DNA of 64,000 nt from Nitrospirota bacterium. Its GTDB lineage: Bacteria > Nitrospirota > UBA9217. The DNA lies in the NCBI GenBank assembly GCA_963751455.1, contig CAVVUN010000003.1:192001-256000 (forward strand), written 5' to 3'. The notes beneath the pieces were generated by a model. The model saw only the letters and a program-made list of their open reading frames with translations. It had not been told where the DNA came from and did no database searches. Positions 19,808 through 30,412 of this stretch are shown here, piece after piece. A program made the translations under genes and the position numbers. The first letter of the stretch is position 1. Every line of letters starts with the position of its first letter.

Positions 19808-20620
19808 CTATCCTTTCACCGCCCCCGCTGTCAAACCTTCGACAATCCTTCGCTGAAATGCAAATACGAACAGAATCACCGGAATCGTTACCACGATCGA
19901 TGCGGCCGCGATGTCTCCCCACGGCACTTCATGCAGTCCCGGGAAAAGCGCGATGGCAACCGGTACAGTCCGGGAAGCGGATGTGACCGTGAACGTGAGC
20001 GCGAAGAGAAACTCGTTCCAGGCAAATATGAAGACAAGGATGCCCGAGGTAACAATTCCGGGCGCAGCCAGAGGAAGCATTATCTTCGTGAACGCCTGGA
20101 GCGGGCTGCAGCCGTCCACGCGGGCGGCACGATAGATCTCGTCCGGGATCTGTTGAAAAAAATTTGTGAGAATCCAGATCGAGAGCGGCAGCGAAAAACC
20201 GGTATAGGTAAGAATGAGCGCCCACCAGGTATCGCGCAGGCCGAGCGCCCGGATGATAAGGTAGAGCGGGCTTACCGTTGCTATCGGCGGGAACATGGAC
20301 GCTGAAAGGACAAAGAGCAGGATCAGGCCCTTGAAGCGCATTGGCAGTTTTGCCAGACCGAAAGCGGCAAACGACCCGATTGCGAGAGAGAAAACAGTAG
20401 TAAGCAGAGCGACAACAACGCTGTTCGCAATGAATCGCCAAAAAGGAGCACCCGTAAATATGGATACGTAGTGATCGAATAGCGGCGTGGACGGCAGAAT
20501 CGGCGGCAGCCGGGTTATCTCCGTGTCCGGCTTTACGCTCGTGATCAACTGCCAAAGGAACGGCCCCATGCAGTAGAGCAGGACAAGGAGCATTGCTATG
20601 GAAAAGAAAATGCGTTTCAT
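19808..20620 (-). CDS. Carbohydrate ABC permease (MalG-like)
   Basis: AARVDG EAA loop; AWNEF; GLTAGAVKG. Confidence 0.95.
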   Translation of the reverse strand: MKRIFFSIAMLLVLLYCMGPFLWQLITSVKPDTEITRLPPILPSTPLFDHYVSIFTGAPFWRFIANSVVVALLTTVFSLAIGSFAAFGLAKLPMRFKGLILLFVLSASMFPPIATVSPLYLIIRALGLRDTWWALILTYTGFSLPLSIWILTNFFQQIPDEIYRAARVDGCSPLQAFTKIMLPLAAPGIVTSGILVFIFAWNEFLFALTFTVTSASRTVPVAIALFPGLHEVPWGDIAAASIVVTIPVILFVFAFQRRIVEGLTAGAVKG

Positions 20621-20811
20621 GAGCCTATCTCAAATTATAGAAGCAAGTTTTGACTATCTTATAAAAATCAAAATTTGACCGCCGAGGCACTGAGTCGCCA
20701 TACAAACCCATGCCTGACTTTCGCTTCTCTTTGCGGCTTTGCGCGAGACGCCTTTAGCTTTTCATGCCTTTTCAACTGGCGACCTGCTTCATTAAATTTG
20801 ATTCTTCGTTA

Positions 20812-21660
20812 TCACCTTTCAAATCCCCGGCTCAGCATTTTCACGTAGAGAAGACTTATCCCTCCCACGCACAGGAACACCACCATCGAGAGAGCCGACC
20901 CGTAGCCGAATTGAAGCGTCTGGAACAGCACTTTGTACGCGTAGATGGACAGCGTTTCGGTTGTGTTTGCCGGTCCTCCGCCGGTCAGCACATACACCGC
21001 ATCGAAGACGCGGAATGCATCCAGGGTCCTGAAGATAAGGACCACGAGTACCACGGGTTTGAGGAGCGGAAGCGATATCCTCCGGAAAATCGTCCAGGCG
21101 CCGGCGCCGTCAATGCGGGCAGCCTGGTAGAGCTCGAGAGGGATCGTCCTGAGTCCGGCCAGAAGCAGTATGACCACAAAGGGCGTTGTCTTCCAGACAT
21201 CCATGAATATCGCCGCGTTCAAAGCCCAGGCCGGGCTCCCGAGCCAGTTGATAGTCACGCCGAACAGATGATTCAGAATGCCGAAATCGGTGTTATACAT
21301 CCATTCCCACATACGCGCGGACACGACTGTCGGAATCGCCCACGGGACAAGAACAATTGCAGTGACAACCCCCTTTGACCTGAAACTCCTGTTCAGCAGC
21401 ACTGCAATCGAAAGACCAAGCAGCAGTTCGAGCGAAACCGAGAGCGCCGTGAAGTAGACCGTATTGCCGAGAGCGTTCCAGAAGCGGTCGTCGCGGATCA
21501 GAAACGCATAGTTGTCCAGGCCCGTGAACCTGGATATTTTGAAGATGAGCAGGTTTCTGCGGAGGCTGAGGTAAATCACGTACAGGACCGGGTAGACAGT
21601 GACCAGGGCCAACAGCATGAGCGCGGGCGCAACAAATCTATTTCCCTTGTATCGCTCCAT
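20812..21660 (-). CDS. Carbohydrate ABC permease (MalF-like)
   Basis: PWAIP; DVWKTTPF; YQAARIDGA; TGGGP. Confidence 0.95.
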   Translation of the reverse strand: MERYKGNRFVAPALMLLALVTVYPVLYVIYLSLRRNLLIFKISRFTGLDNYAFLIRDDRFWNALGNTVYFTALSVSLELLLGLSIAVLLNRSFRSKGVVTAIVLVPWAIPTVVSARMWEWMYNTDFGILNHLFGVTINWLGSPAWALNAAIFMDVWKTTPFVVILLLAGLRTIPLELYQAARIDGAGAWTIFRRISLPLLKPVVLVVLIFRTLDAFRVFDAVYVLTGGGPANTTETLSIYAYKVLFQTLQFGYGSALSMVVFLCVGGISLLYVKMLSRGFER

Positions 21661-22934
21661 CACTGCTCCACCGCCAGAATATGCTCTATTTGCTTCTGCG
21701 CCGAGCCGAGGGCCTGAGCGGGTGTTTTGATTCCCGTGATGGCCGCGCTGAATTCCGGCTGCAGCACCTGGGTGATCATCATGTAGTACGGGGTGACCGG
21801 CCGCGGCCGGGCGGTCATGAAGACCGTGTAAAGGTCCCTCATGAGAGGCTGCTTCCGCAGCAGGTCGGGGTCCCGGTACAGGGACTTCCTGGTCGGCTTG
21901 TACCCCACATCGAGAGCGAGCTGCTTCTGTATCTCGGCTGAAGTCAGGAAGCGGATGAGCCGTTCAGCTGCCTCCGGATGGCGGGAAAAGCGGCTTACCC
22001 CGAGCTGCCATCCGCCGAGGGTGGCGGCGGGCTGATGGCCGGGAAATGCGGGAAGGTTTGTTACGCCGACAAGACCGCGGACAACTGAACCCTCCTGTTC
22101 GAACACGTTCCAGGCATACGGCCAGTTCCTCATAAAGACCGCCCTGCCGTTCCCGAAGATATGGCGCGTGGGTTCCTCAATTGCGGTAGTGACGAGCGGC
22201 GGCGTAACCCTGTACTTCACAATAAGGTCGTGCATGAAGGACAGCGCGGTTTCGTTCTCTGCGGTGTCGATTACCAGGGTGTCCTCCCGGAGCACGTCAC
22301 CCCCATTGCTCCAGATGTACTCTAGCACGTTGCAGACCAGCCCCTCGTACTGCTTTCCCTGCCATACGAACCCGTAAACGCCCTGTTCCTTCGCGGTTAT
22401 TGCCCGGGCCGTGTCCGCAAGTTCATACCATGTTTTCGGCGGGTCATATCCGTATTTTCGGAGAAGATCCTTACGATAATACAGCATACCGGCGTCGATG
22501 TACCAGGGTATCGCGTATACGGAATCGTCCAGGGTGACTGCCTCCATCGGTCCAGGGAAGAACTGCCCGCGCTCGTCCCTCCCGAGCACGGCGCTTAGAT
22601 CCCTGAGCCAGCCTGCGCGCGCAAACTCCGGAACCCAGATAACGTCCATGCTGAACACGTCTATGTCGGCGCTTCCGCCCTCCAGATTGATGATGTAGAA
22701 CTGGTGCTGCTCGTCGGTGGATGAAGGCAGGATTTCATCCTTCACGAAGACGCCTGGATGCTCGCGCTCGAACCTTCTGAGGATTTCAGCAAACTTCCGG
22801 GGATCGCCTGCGATTTTGCCGTGCTTGAACACTAACGTACGCGGCCCGGCGTCTGTGACCGCCCTGTCTCCCTGATTGCAGGAAAAGACGGCGAGCAATG
22901 CCAGAAAAAGGAGTGTGTTCATTGCGCGCAGCAT
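21660..22934 (-). CDS. Sugar ABC substrate-binding lipoprotein (trehalose/maltose type)
   Basis: Lipobox VFSC; MDVIWVPEFA; QYEGLVC; FMRNWPY; TLGGWQL. The longer start in the ORF track runs through a repeat. Confidence 0.9.
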   Translation of the reverse strand: MLRAMNTLLFLALLAVFSCNQGDRAVTDAGPRTLVFKHGKIAGDPRKFAEILRRFEREHPGVFVKDEILPSSTDEQHQFYIINLEGGSADIDVFSMDVIWVPEFARAGWLRDLSAVLGRDERGQFFPGPMEAVTLDDSVYAIPWYIDAGMLYYRKDLLRKYGYDPPKTWYELADTARAITAKEQGVYGFVWQGKQYEGLVCNVLEYIWSNGGDVLREDTLVIDTAENETALSFMHDLIVKYRVTPPLVTTAIEEPTRHIFGNGRAVFMRNWPYAWNVFEQEGSVVRGLVGVTNLPAFPGHQPAATLGGWQLGVSRFSRHPEAAERLIRFLTSAEIQKQLALDVGYKPTRKSLYRDPDLLRKQPLMRDLYTVFMTARPRPVTPYYMMITQVLQPEFSAAITGIKTPAQALGSAQKQIEHILAVEQ

Positions 22935-22988
22935 AACGGCTTTCGATTGAAATTTTAGATGGACTGCTCCTAAAACCCTGATCTTTAG

Positions 22989-23188
22989 AGGCTGTTGAAA
23001 ATAATTCTCGCCGTCATTGCGAGGAGCGATTTTCGCGACGTGGCAATCTCGATTTTTCAAGGCGTTGTGAACGGCGAGATTGCGGAGTTTATCCCGAGAG
23101 TCAAAGCGAGATTGCTTCGCCTTCGGCTCGCAATGACAAATGAGAGACCACGCTCGCAAAGACGGCTTTAAAGACTTTTCAACAGCCT
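22989..23188. mobile_element. MITE-like element: 13-bp TIRs enclosing a GTCATTGCGAG...CTCGCAATGAC palindromic repeat
   Basis: AGGCTGTTGAAAA ... TTTTCAACAGCCT; internal GCAATCTC/GAGATTGC stems. Confidence 0.7.
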
Positions 23189-23244
23189 GCTGGTTTTTGA
23201 CCTGCCTGAAGCGGCTCGGCCGTCGAAGAAAATGGCTGCAAAGA

Positions 23245-24456
23245 CTACGCCGCCTTTTTCAGTCTCTCCACCGGGTGGACGCCTTTCAACTCGTAACGAT
23301 AATCCACCCCGTTTTTCTTCACATGCTCTTCTATTACCTGTTCGCTGGAAACACCGCCCTCGTTTACCGCGTGCTGGTACCTGGTATACCTGCCGTCTTT
23401 TTCGAGCTCGGCTTTGGGTATGAACTCCGTCTCGAATGCGGTAAGCTCTACCTGGTTTTCAAGGACATCGCGCACATAATCGATATTCGGCTGGAAAACG
23501 ATCGGCTTGGGGAATGCCGAAGGCAAAAGTTCCTCCGCGTCCTTCTTGCCGTATTGTTTCAGCAGATCGGAAGCAATCTTCAGGTGCTCGAGCTCCATTG
23601 CGAGATGCAGCTCCCAGACTTTTTTGGCTGCGGGATCGACTTCCTGTTCCATGAACGCGTGGTAGAGATAGCATTCGTTATATTCATGCATGACCATCAT
23701 TTCATACCAGGATGCGGCCGGGTCGAGCAGCGATTCATACTGCGTGACATGCTGCTCCTCGATCTGAGCGATCTCGAGATATAAGCCGCGACCGATCGAA
23801 TCTTCCAGCGTGTTTCCGACATTCATGTAGAAATTCATGGTCTGTTGCTCGCCGGCAACAAGCGTGAGCACGTTCATAACGGTCTGAGGGTCCGCCTTTT
23901 TCCGGTTAAACGGTTTTCTCACATCGTCAAAGGGGTGCCGGTGCTCTTCAACCGTGGGACGTCCCGGCATGATCTCGGTATATTCGCCGACCAGCTTCTC
24001 TGCCTTTATCCCCTGGCGCATTTCCAGAAGGTTCGCATACCGGTAGAGATGATCGAAGTCCTCCAGGAGGCCGAAATCGAAGACCTGCTTTACATAGGGA
24101 TCCGGCTCATTCTGACAAAGCCAGGCGGTAAGATCCACGGCAACCTGCTCATAGCCTATGGTGGTTTCGATTACTGACTGGTCCCCGGGGATCATCCAGT
24201 TGATCGCCTTTTGCTGCTGTTGCTCGAGCCGCCGGGACAGGGCAAGGCTGCGCTTGAGCTCGATGTCCTTGGTATGTCGGGCAAACTGATGCAGAAACAT
24301 GGCAGCCTCAACCTCGATTCCGTTCATGAGTATGCCGCGGGCCTTCGTGTAGGGATGGGCCTCGTTCTTATCGAACGGCTTGCTATTGAGCTCGGACCAG
24401 TTGCGAAGCTGTTTTTCAATTGGGATACCTTTTTCCTTGAAGGGATTAAAAGCCAT
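23245..24456 (-). CDS. Conserved protein with duplicated ferritin-like ExxH motifs
   Basis: LEDFDHLYRY, IEEQHVTQY, MELEHL motifs. Confidence 0.7.
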   Translation of the reverse strand: MAFNPFKEKGIPIEKQLRNWSELNSKPFDKNEAHPYTKARGILMNGIEVEAAMFLHQFARHTKDIELKRSLALSRRLEQQQQKAINWMIPGDQSVIETTIGYEQVAVDLTAWLCQNEPDPYVKQVFDFGLLEDFDHLYRYANLLEMRQGIKAEKLVGEYTEIMPGRPTVEEHRHPFDDVRKPFNRKKADPQTVMNVLTLVAGEQQTMNFYMNVGNTLEDSIGRGLYLEIAQIEEQHVTQYESLLDPAASWYEMMVMHEYNECYLYHAFMEQEVDPAAKKVWELHLAMELEHLKIASDLLKQYGKKDAEELLPSAFPKPIVFQPNIDYVRDVLENQVELTAFETEFIPKAELEKDGRYTRYQHAVNEGGVSSEQVIEEHVKKNGVDYRYELKGVHPVERLKKAA

Positions 24457-24764
24457 AGTGCGCTCCTTTCCTCGTTGGTGATCCGCGACTAAAGCATCGG
24501 GAGATGCTCAGTGCTTCGAATAAACCTGGTTTAAGTTTATTACGCCGGCACACATTGTCAATTGACGGGCTATGCGGGCGCGGGTCTTCGGGCATTGTTA
24601 TACCAAAGGTTTCGAGCGGCACACGTATAAGCGCTTGATTCATTGACAATGAATTGCGTTGGTGATAACAACTGAATAGAGATGTTTTTTCAGACCGGTG
24701 ATAGCCTTTGGTCTTATTAATTCATTATGGCGCTGCTTCAAGAAAAAAATATCAAGGACTTGCC

Positions 24765-25934
24765 ATGCGAATAGCGCAGATTTCACCTCTCTATGAAAGC
24801 GTCCCGCCCCGCCTGTACGGCGGCACGGAGAGGGTCGTATCGTATCTTACCGAAGAGCTTGTTAAAGAGGGGCACGAAGTCACTTTGTTCGCTTCAGGGG
24901 ATTCAGTCACCTCAGCTGAGCTTGTTTCTATCTGCGAATCCTCGCTGAGACTTGAGCCCCGGTGCATGGACCCCATCGCTTTTCATGTCATCATGATCGA
25001 GGAAATCCTGCGGCGCCGGCACTTGTTCGACATCATTCATTCGCATATCGATTATCTCGGTTTCGTACTGGCGCGACGAACAGACGCGCCGGTGATCAAT
25101 ACGCTCCACGGGAGGTGCGATCTCTGGGAGCAATCTTTCCTGTTTCCGGAATTCAGTGAATCCGGGCTCGTTTCCATATCGAACGCTCAGCGCCGCCCAT
25201 TTCCCCACGCAAACTGGGTGGCTACCGTATACCACGGCCTGCCCCCGGATTTATATACGGCCAATTACGGTAAAGGCGATTATCTCCTTTATGTAGGAAG
25301 GATATCCCCCGAAAAGAAAGTGGAGGCAGCAATCGAGATTGCGCTGAAATCGGGCCTTTCCCTCAAGATAGCGGCAAAAGTCGATAAAATGGATGCTCCG
25401 TATTTCGAGGCCTCAATCAAACCGCTTCTTGACAATTCGCTGATTGAATTCCTGGGCGAGGTCGGAGACACGGAAAAGAACCGGCTGATCGGGTCCGCAC
25501 TGGCGTTCCTTCACCCGGTTGACTGGCCTGAACCATTCGGTCTCAGCCTTATCGAGTCGATGGCGTGCGGGACTCCGGTAATCGCCCGAAAGCGGGGATC
25601 CATACCGGAGGTCGTGGACCACGGCATCACGGGCTTCATCTTCGAGCACAATGACGAGGCCGTGCACTTCATCAGGAACAGATTGCCTTCTTTTTCGCGA
25701 AAAGGCTGCCGCAGGCATTTTGAGAAGCGTTTCCTTGCGGAAAGAATGGCGCAGGATTATGTATCGGTGTATCAAGCAGTGCTTGATCGGGTGAGCGCCG
25801 GAGAAGTAAGCGCTCTCCCGATCGAAAGAAACAGGGACACGGTGCTGCAGCCGGCGGATGAATCCCCTCCGGTTGAAATGACAGCAGGGCGCTATCGCCG
25901 CAAAAGCGCAAAAGGCTCAAAGCGGATTGTTTGA
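24765..25934 (+). CDS. Glycosyltransferase family 4
   Basis: VPPRLYGGTERVV; GRISPEK; WPEPFGL..IESMACGTPV. Confidence 0.93.
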   Translation: MRIAQISPLYESVPPRLYGGTERVVSYLTEELVKEGHEVTLFASGDSVTSAELVSICESSLRLEPRCMDPIAFHVIMIEEILRRRHLFDIIHSHIDYLGFVLARRTDAPVINTLHGRCDLWEQSFLFPEFSESGLVSISNAQRRPFPHANWVATVYHGLPPDLYTANYGKGDYLLYVGRISPEKKVEAAIEIALKSGLSLKIAAKVDKMDAPYFEASIKPLLDNSLIEFLGEVGDTEKNRLIGSALAFLHPVDWPEPFGLSLIESMACGTPVIARKRGSIPEVVDHGITGFIFEHNDEAVHFIRNRLPSFSRKGCRRHFEKRFLAERMAQDYVSVYQAVLDRVSAGEVSALPIERNRDTVLQPADESPPVEMTAGRYRRKSAKGSKRIV

Positions 25935-25963
25935 TTTATCCGCTTTACTTTGAAAGATACGCA

Positions 25964-28135
25964 ATGCAGACAACGACCACTGAAACCCCCAAGGACAAAT
26001 TCTATATATCGGCTTCTGCCGTGATGATAGACCCGAGGAGGCTTATTCTGAAGGACAACGACCTGTTCGGGGTATTCGACCGGTACGGCGATATTGTCCC
26101 GTTCGGGAACAACGATACCGGGCTCTATTACGGCGGGATCAGGTTTCTCTCCTCATATGAATTGCGCATGGATGGCCGGAGACTTCTTTTCCTGAGCTCG
26201 AATGTCGACGAAGACAACGTGGTGATGAACGTCGATCTCACGAACCCGGACATAACCTTGAAGGAAAATATTCTGCTCAAAAAGGACCTGATCCATATCA
26301 TGCGTTCAAGGGTCCTGCTGAAGGACGCCTGCTATGAGTCGATCGGCATAAGAAACTTCAGCAAGAACGAGACGCAGTTCCAAATTGAGATCGCTGTTGA
26401 TTCGGACTTCAAGGATATTTTTGAAATACGCGGAATAAAACGGAAGCTGCGCGGCAGCTTCTTTGCGCCCAGAATGCGGGAAGGCGGCCTGGAGCTGTCG
26501 TACCAGGGCCTGGATAACGTCCGGAGGACCACGGTAATAACGGCAGAGAGGCCTCCTGATCATATTCAGGAAAATTCGTTTTTTTTCAAAATCGATTTGA
26601 AGGCAGGGGGGTGGGAGGAAATCTTCGTGCGAATTCAGTGCTCGTCGGAGCGAGAGGCCGGCGCGTTGACAAGGTTTCACGAGGCGGTGACGGAGAGACG
26701 GGAAAAGGTCGAAGCCCTGAACAAAGACAGCGCCGAGGTTTCTACCTCCAACGATCGCTTCAATGAATCGATGCGAAGATCGCTGTCCGACATCAACATG
26801 ATGCTTACCCGGACGGAGAGCGGCAGCTACCCCTACGGCGGCATACCCTGGTTCTGCACGCCGTTCGGAAGGGATGCCCTGATAACCGCTCTTGAATGCC
26901 TCTGGATCAAGCCGGACATGGCACGGGGGGTTCTGACGTACCTCGCTAAAACGCAGGCATCGGAATTCGATCCGAAGAAGGCAGCTGAACCCGGAAAGAT
27001 ACTTCATGAATCAAGGCAGGGAGAGATGGCCGCGCTGAACGAGATCCCGTTCGGGCTCTATTACGGAAGCGTGGATTCCACGCCCCTTTTTCTGATGCTC
27101 GCCGGCGCCTACTGGAGAAGGACCGGGGACGGCGACCTGGTGCGGAAAATCTGGCCGTCCATTCAAAAGGCCATCGGATGGCTCGAACAGTACGGGGACC
27201 CGGACAGGGACGGCTTTCTCGAATATACTCCGCACAAGGAAGGCCTCAGGAACCAGGGGTGGAAGGATTCGCAGGACTCGGTCTTTCATACCGACGGTTC
27301 ACTCGCGGAAGGGGCGATCGCGTTGTGCGAAGTACAGGCCTACAGCTTCGCGGCAAAAAGAGAGGCTGCTGTGCTTTCCCGGTTTATGGGTGAGTTGGCC
27401 TTGTCCGATCAGCTCGTGCAGGAAGCTCTTGCGCTCAAAGCCGCCTTCAACAAGCAGTTCTGGGATGAAGAGCTTGGCTGCTTCGTAATCGCGCTCGACG
27501 GGCAGAAGAAGCCGTGCAGAATTCTCTCTTCGAACGCCGGGCACGCTTTGCTTACCGGTATTGCCGAACCCGGGCCCGCCTCAAGAGTCGCGCAGATAAT
27601 GAGCTCGGACAGAATGTTTTCCGGCTGGGGCATCAGGACCGTGGCCGAGGGTGAGGCGCGCTATAACCCCATGTCGTACCACAACGGTTCGGTCTGGCCT
27701 CACGATACGGCAATGATCGCTTCAGGTCTTTCCCAGTACGGCTTCAAGGAACATTTTTTAAAGATATTCACCGGCATATTCGAAGCATCGCTGTATATGG
27801 AGGCAAACCGCCTGCCCGAACTTTTCTGCGGATTCCCGAGACGACGAAGGGCGGCGCCGACGCTCTACCCCGTTGCCTGTTCGCCCCAGACCTGGGCCGC
27901 AGGTTCTCTCCTCTTCATGCTGCAGGCCTCTCTCGGGATGTCGTTCGAAGCGGAATATGATATGGTCGTTTTCAGAAACCCGGTCCTGCCCCGTTTTTTA
28001 ACGGCTGTGCATATCAAGAACCTCATGGTTTCGAGGGACAAGACCGTTGATATCCACGTGAACCGCTATGGGGAGGGAGTAACTGTCGAAATCCTGCGGA
28101 AGTCAAAAGGCGTGAGCATATTGACGTATAAGTGA
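25964..28135 (+). CDS. Amylo-alpha-1,6-glucosidase / glycogen-debranching family protein
   Basis: GIPWFCTPFGRDALI; EPGKILHE; YYGSVDSTPLF; NQGWKDS; YHNGSVWPHD. Confidence 0.92.
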   Translation: MQTTTTETPKDKFYISASAVMIDPRRLILKDNDLFGVFDRYGDIVPFGNNDTGLYYGGIRFLSSYELRMDGRRLLFLSSNVDEDNVVMNVDLTNPDITLKENILLKKDLIHIMRSRVLLKDACYESIGIRNFSKNETQFQIEIAVDSDFKDIFEIRGIKRKLRGSFFAPRMREGGLELSYQGLDNVRRTTVITAERPPDHIQENSFFFKIDLKAGGWEEIFVRIQCSSEREAGALTRFHEAVTERREKVEALNKDSAEVSTSNDRFNESMRRSLSDINMMLTRTESGSYPYGGIPWFCTPFGRDALITALECLWIKPDMARGVLTYLAKTQASEFDPKKAAEPGKILHESRQGEMAALNEIPFGLYYGSVDSTPLFLMLAGAYWRRTGDGDLVRKIWPSIQKAIGWLEQYGDPDRDGFLEYTPHKEGLRNQGWKDSQDSVFHTDGSLAEGAIALCEVQAYSFAAKREAAVLSRFMGELALSDQLVQEALALKAAFNKQFWDEELGCFVIALDGQKKPCRILSSNAGHALLTGIAEPGPASRVAQIMSSDRMFSGWGIRTVAEGEARYNPMSYHNGSVWPHDTAMIASGLSQYGFKEHFLKIFTGIFEASLYMEANRLPELFCGFPRRRRAAPTLYPVACSPQTWAAGSLLFMLQASLGMSFEAEYDMVVFRNPVLPRFLTAVHIKNLMVSRDKTVDIHVNRYGEGVTVEILRKSKGVSILTYK

Positions 28136-28257
28136 ACCGAATGCGGATTTCGGATTGCGGATTTAGCAAAGCTATCGCATCCCGAAGATAGAAGAACCGC
28201 AAATTGCATATTGTAAATTGCAAAGTTCAAAATGTGAAGAGTCAGTTTATTTTCTTT

Positions 28258-28602
28258 AATTTGCTTTTCCAGACACCCCTGCATCCCGCCTGCACCCAAC
28301 GACTTCGAGTGCGCGCGAGAGTAGGGCGTGAGCAGCGTCCGCGCTTTACATGACCGGTAGTAGTATCGGCAAACCACAAATCGTGTATGCGGTCCTTGAT
28401 TCCCCTCGCATGTTCTCAGTGCGAGGGTACGACGATGAGTCTAAGTATTGTGCGAAGCTCAGCGCACACGCTGCACTCGCGCATCGCACTCGTAGACGCT
28501 GGGTGCAGGCTGGGCGCTGTATCAACAGGTCTAATTGAAGACATTCTGTCATGTCTGCGCGGTGCTGCAAACGGCGGTGCAGAAAAAAACACGGATCCCG
28601 AA
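28258..28602 (+). repeat. Dispersed mosaic repeat, copy A
   Basis: CCCCTGCATCCCGCCTGCACCCAACGACTTCGAGT...GAGAGTAGGGCGTGAGCA...CATGTCTGCGCGG...AACGGCGGTGCAGAAA shared with other copies. Confidence 0.85.
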
Positions 28603-28638
28603 CATCCTGATAGCCTTTCGGCTTTACTGCTCTCCCGC

Positions 28639-30126
28639 CTATTTCTTATGCAATCGATGAAGCGCCGGACCTTCCAAAACCTCGCCGTCCCTGCTGAAGC
28701 GGCTCCCGTGACAGGGACAGTCCCATGTTCCCTCCATCCGGTTCCAGTGAACAATGCATCCCAGGTGCGTGCATACCGCGGAATGCTCGATCAGCCGCCC
28801 CTGGTCGTCGCGGTACGCCGCAATTCTCTGGTCATTGCTCTTCAGGAGGCCGCCTTCATTCGGTTTGATGTCCTCTGCTTTTGAGATTCCCGCCTTTGTC
28901 AGGTAATCTTTGGCATATTGCGCCGCGACGTTCAGGTTCTCTTTGAGAAAATCAGAAGCCGACTTGGCCGGAGCGAACCGCCTGGCATTATAGAGGCCGG
29001 CCCATTGATTTTCGCGCCCCAGTATGTCGTCGGTAATGATCCTCGCGGCCAGGGAACCGTACGTCAGGCCGTCGGTTCCGAACCCGGTCGCGATATAAAG
29101 ATCGCCGGACGACGCTGCTTGGCCGATATACGGCAGTTGGTCCGCCGGACGGTAATGCTGAGCAGACCACCGGTATTCGATCTTGTCCACGGAAAAGCGG
29201 CGCTTCGCGTAGTCCTCCACGTTCATGAAATAGTCCACGCTGTCGTCATGCTGGCCGGTTTTGTGCTTTTCCCCGATGACAATCAGATATTTTGTCCCCT
29301 TCATATCGAACGAGCGGATCGAGACGCCCGGTTCTTCGATGCCCCAGAAAATCCCTTCCGGATATTGATTGTCCTTCAGGACGGCCGCGATGCCGTATTC
29401 ACGGTAAGGGCCAAGCTCCGTCTGCAGGATATTGAACCCCTTCGGAGTATGGGTCGCCATGATGATCTTTTCTGCAGCGACACTTCCGGCTGGAGTGGAT
29501 ACAATTATTTTGTCGATGTCTATCTCGACGACTCTCGAATCCTCGAAGATGCGGCACTCTTTTGAGGCGATGGCTTTTGCCAGCATGCGTACATACGTCA
29601 GCGGCTGGAATTGCGCCTGATTGTCGACGCTGATAGCGAGCTTCACCGGGAAGGAAAGCGGTGTTTCGTACACCATGGCGGCTTTCATGCCTGCTTCGGT
29701 CAGTGCGTTATATTCCCTGCTCATGTTTTTATCGTGTGAGGTGTCCGTGGAGAAGAGATAGAGGGGCCTTCGCGAGAAACTGCAGGGGATGCCGTATTCG
29801 GCGATAATCTGCTCTATGAAATCAACGGTTTCGCTGCGCGACCGTACCACTGCCTGGGCTGTCTTCCCGTCCCATCTGTCTTTAATGTTGCAGAGCAGGC
29901 TGTCCACGGTTCCATAGAGATTTCCCGTCGAATACCCGGTAGTACCATGCCCGGCTTTGTGCGCTTCCAGGACCACCACGCTCTTACCGGCCTGTTTAAG
30001 CAGCATGGCTGCTGTAATACCGGTTATTCCAGCGCCGATTATGACTACATCGGCCTCAATGTGGCCGCTGAGCGCCGGGAAGCCTGTTTTTTCGGAAGTT
30101 GCCTGCCAGATGGATGTCGTAAGCAT
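28639..30126 (-). CDS. FAD-dependent oxidoreductase with C-terminal Rieske domain (YhfW-like)
   Basis: IIGAGITG; CTHLGC...WDCPCHGSRF. Confidence 0.92.
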   Translation of the reverse strand: MLTTSIWQATSEKTGFPALSGHIEADVVIIGAGITGITAAMLLKQAGKSVVVLEAHKAGHGTTGYSTGNLYGTVDSLLCNIKDRWDGKTAQAVVRSRSETVDFIEQIIAEYGIPCSFSRRPLYLFSTDTSHDKNMSREYNALTEAGMKAAMVYETPLSFPVKLAISVDNQAQFQPLTYVRMLAKAIASKECRIFEDSRVVEIDIDKIIVSTPAGSVAAEKIIMATHTPKGFNILQTELGPYREYGIAAVLKDNQYPEGIFWGIEEPGVSIRSFDMKGTKYLIVIGEKHKTGQHDDSVDYFMNVEDYAKRRFSVDKIEYRWSAQHYRPADQLPYIGQAASSGDLYIATGFGTDGLTYGSLAARIITDDILGRENQWAGLYNARRFAPAKSASDFLKENLNVAAQYAKDYLTKAGISKAEDIKPNEGGLLKSNDQRIAAYRDDQGRLIEHSAVCTHLGCIVHWNRMEGTWDCPCHGSRFSRDGEVLEGPALHRLHKK

Positions 30127-30412
30127 TCCTGCTCCTTTGGTCGCTGCATAAGGTAGTGTCTTATTAAAGAATAGCAAACGGCGGGATTTTTTCAGCGCCA
30201 AAAAGTTTCTTGAAAACCGGACCAAAATGCGGTACGCTTGAACATCTTTATCACATCCGAAGACGCAATGACAAATATTCAAGCTCAAGCACCCAAAGAC
30301 TGTTTCTCTGATCGAAGCTTTCAATTTGGATGTATTTGCGATTTACTGTTTGACAATTGAGATTTGCCGCTCTTCCAAACAAGGAGACTACCCGACAGTG
30401 CAGGATATTCCG

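Noticed and set aside
28066-28377. Small-protein family LTPYSRA..SKSLGAGGMQG (also 44324-44629 and 53764-53988)
   Set aside because: Translations of the dispersed repeat; starts, stops and flanks are not conserved
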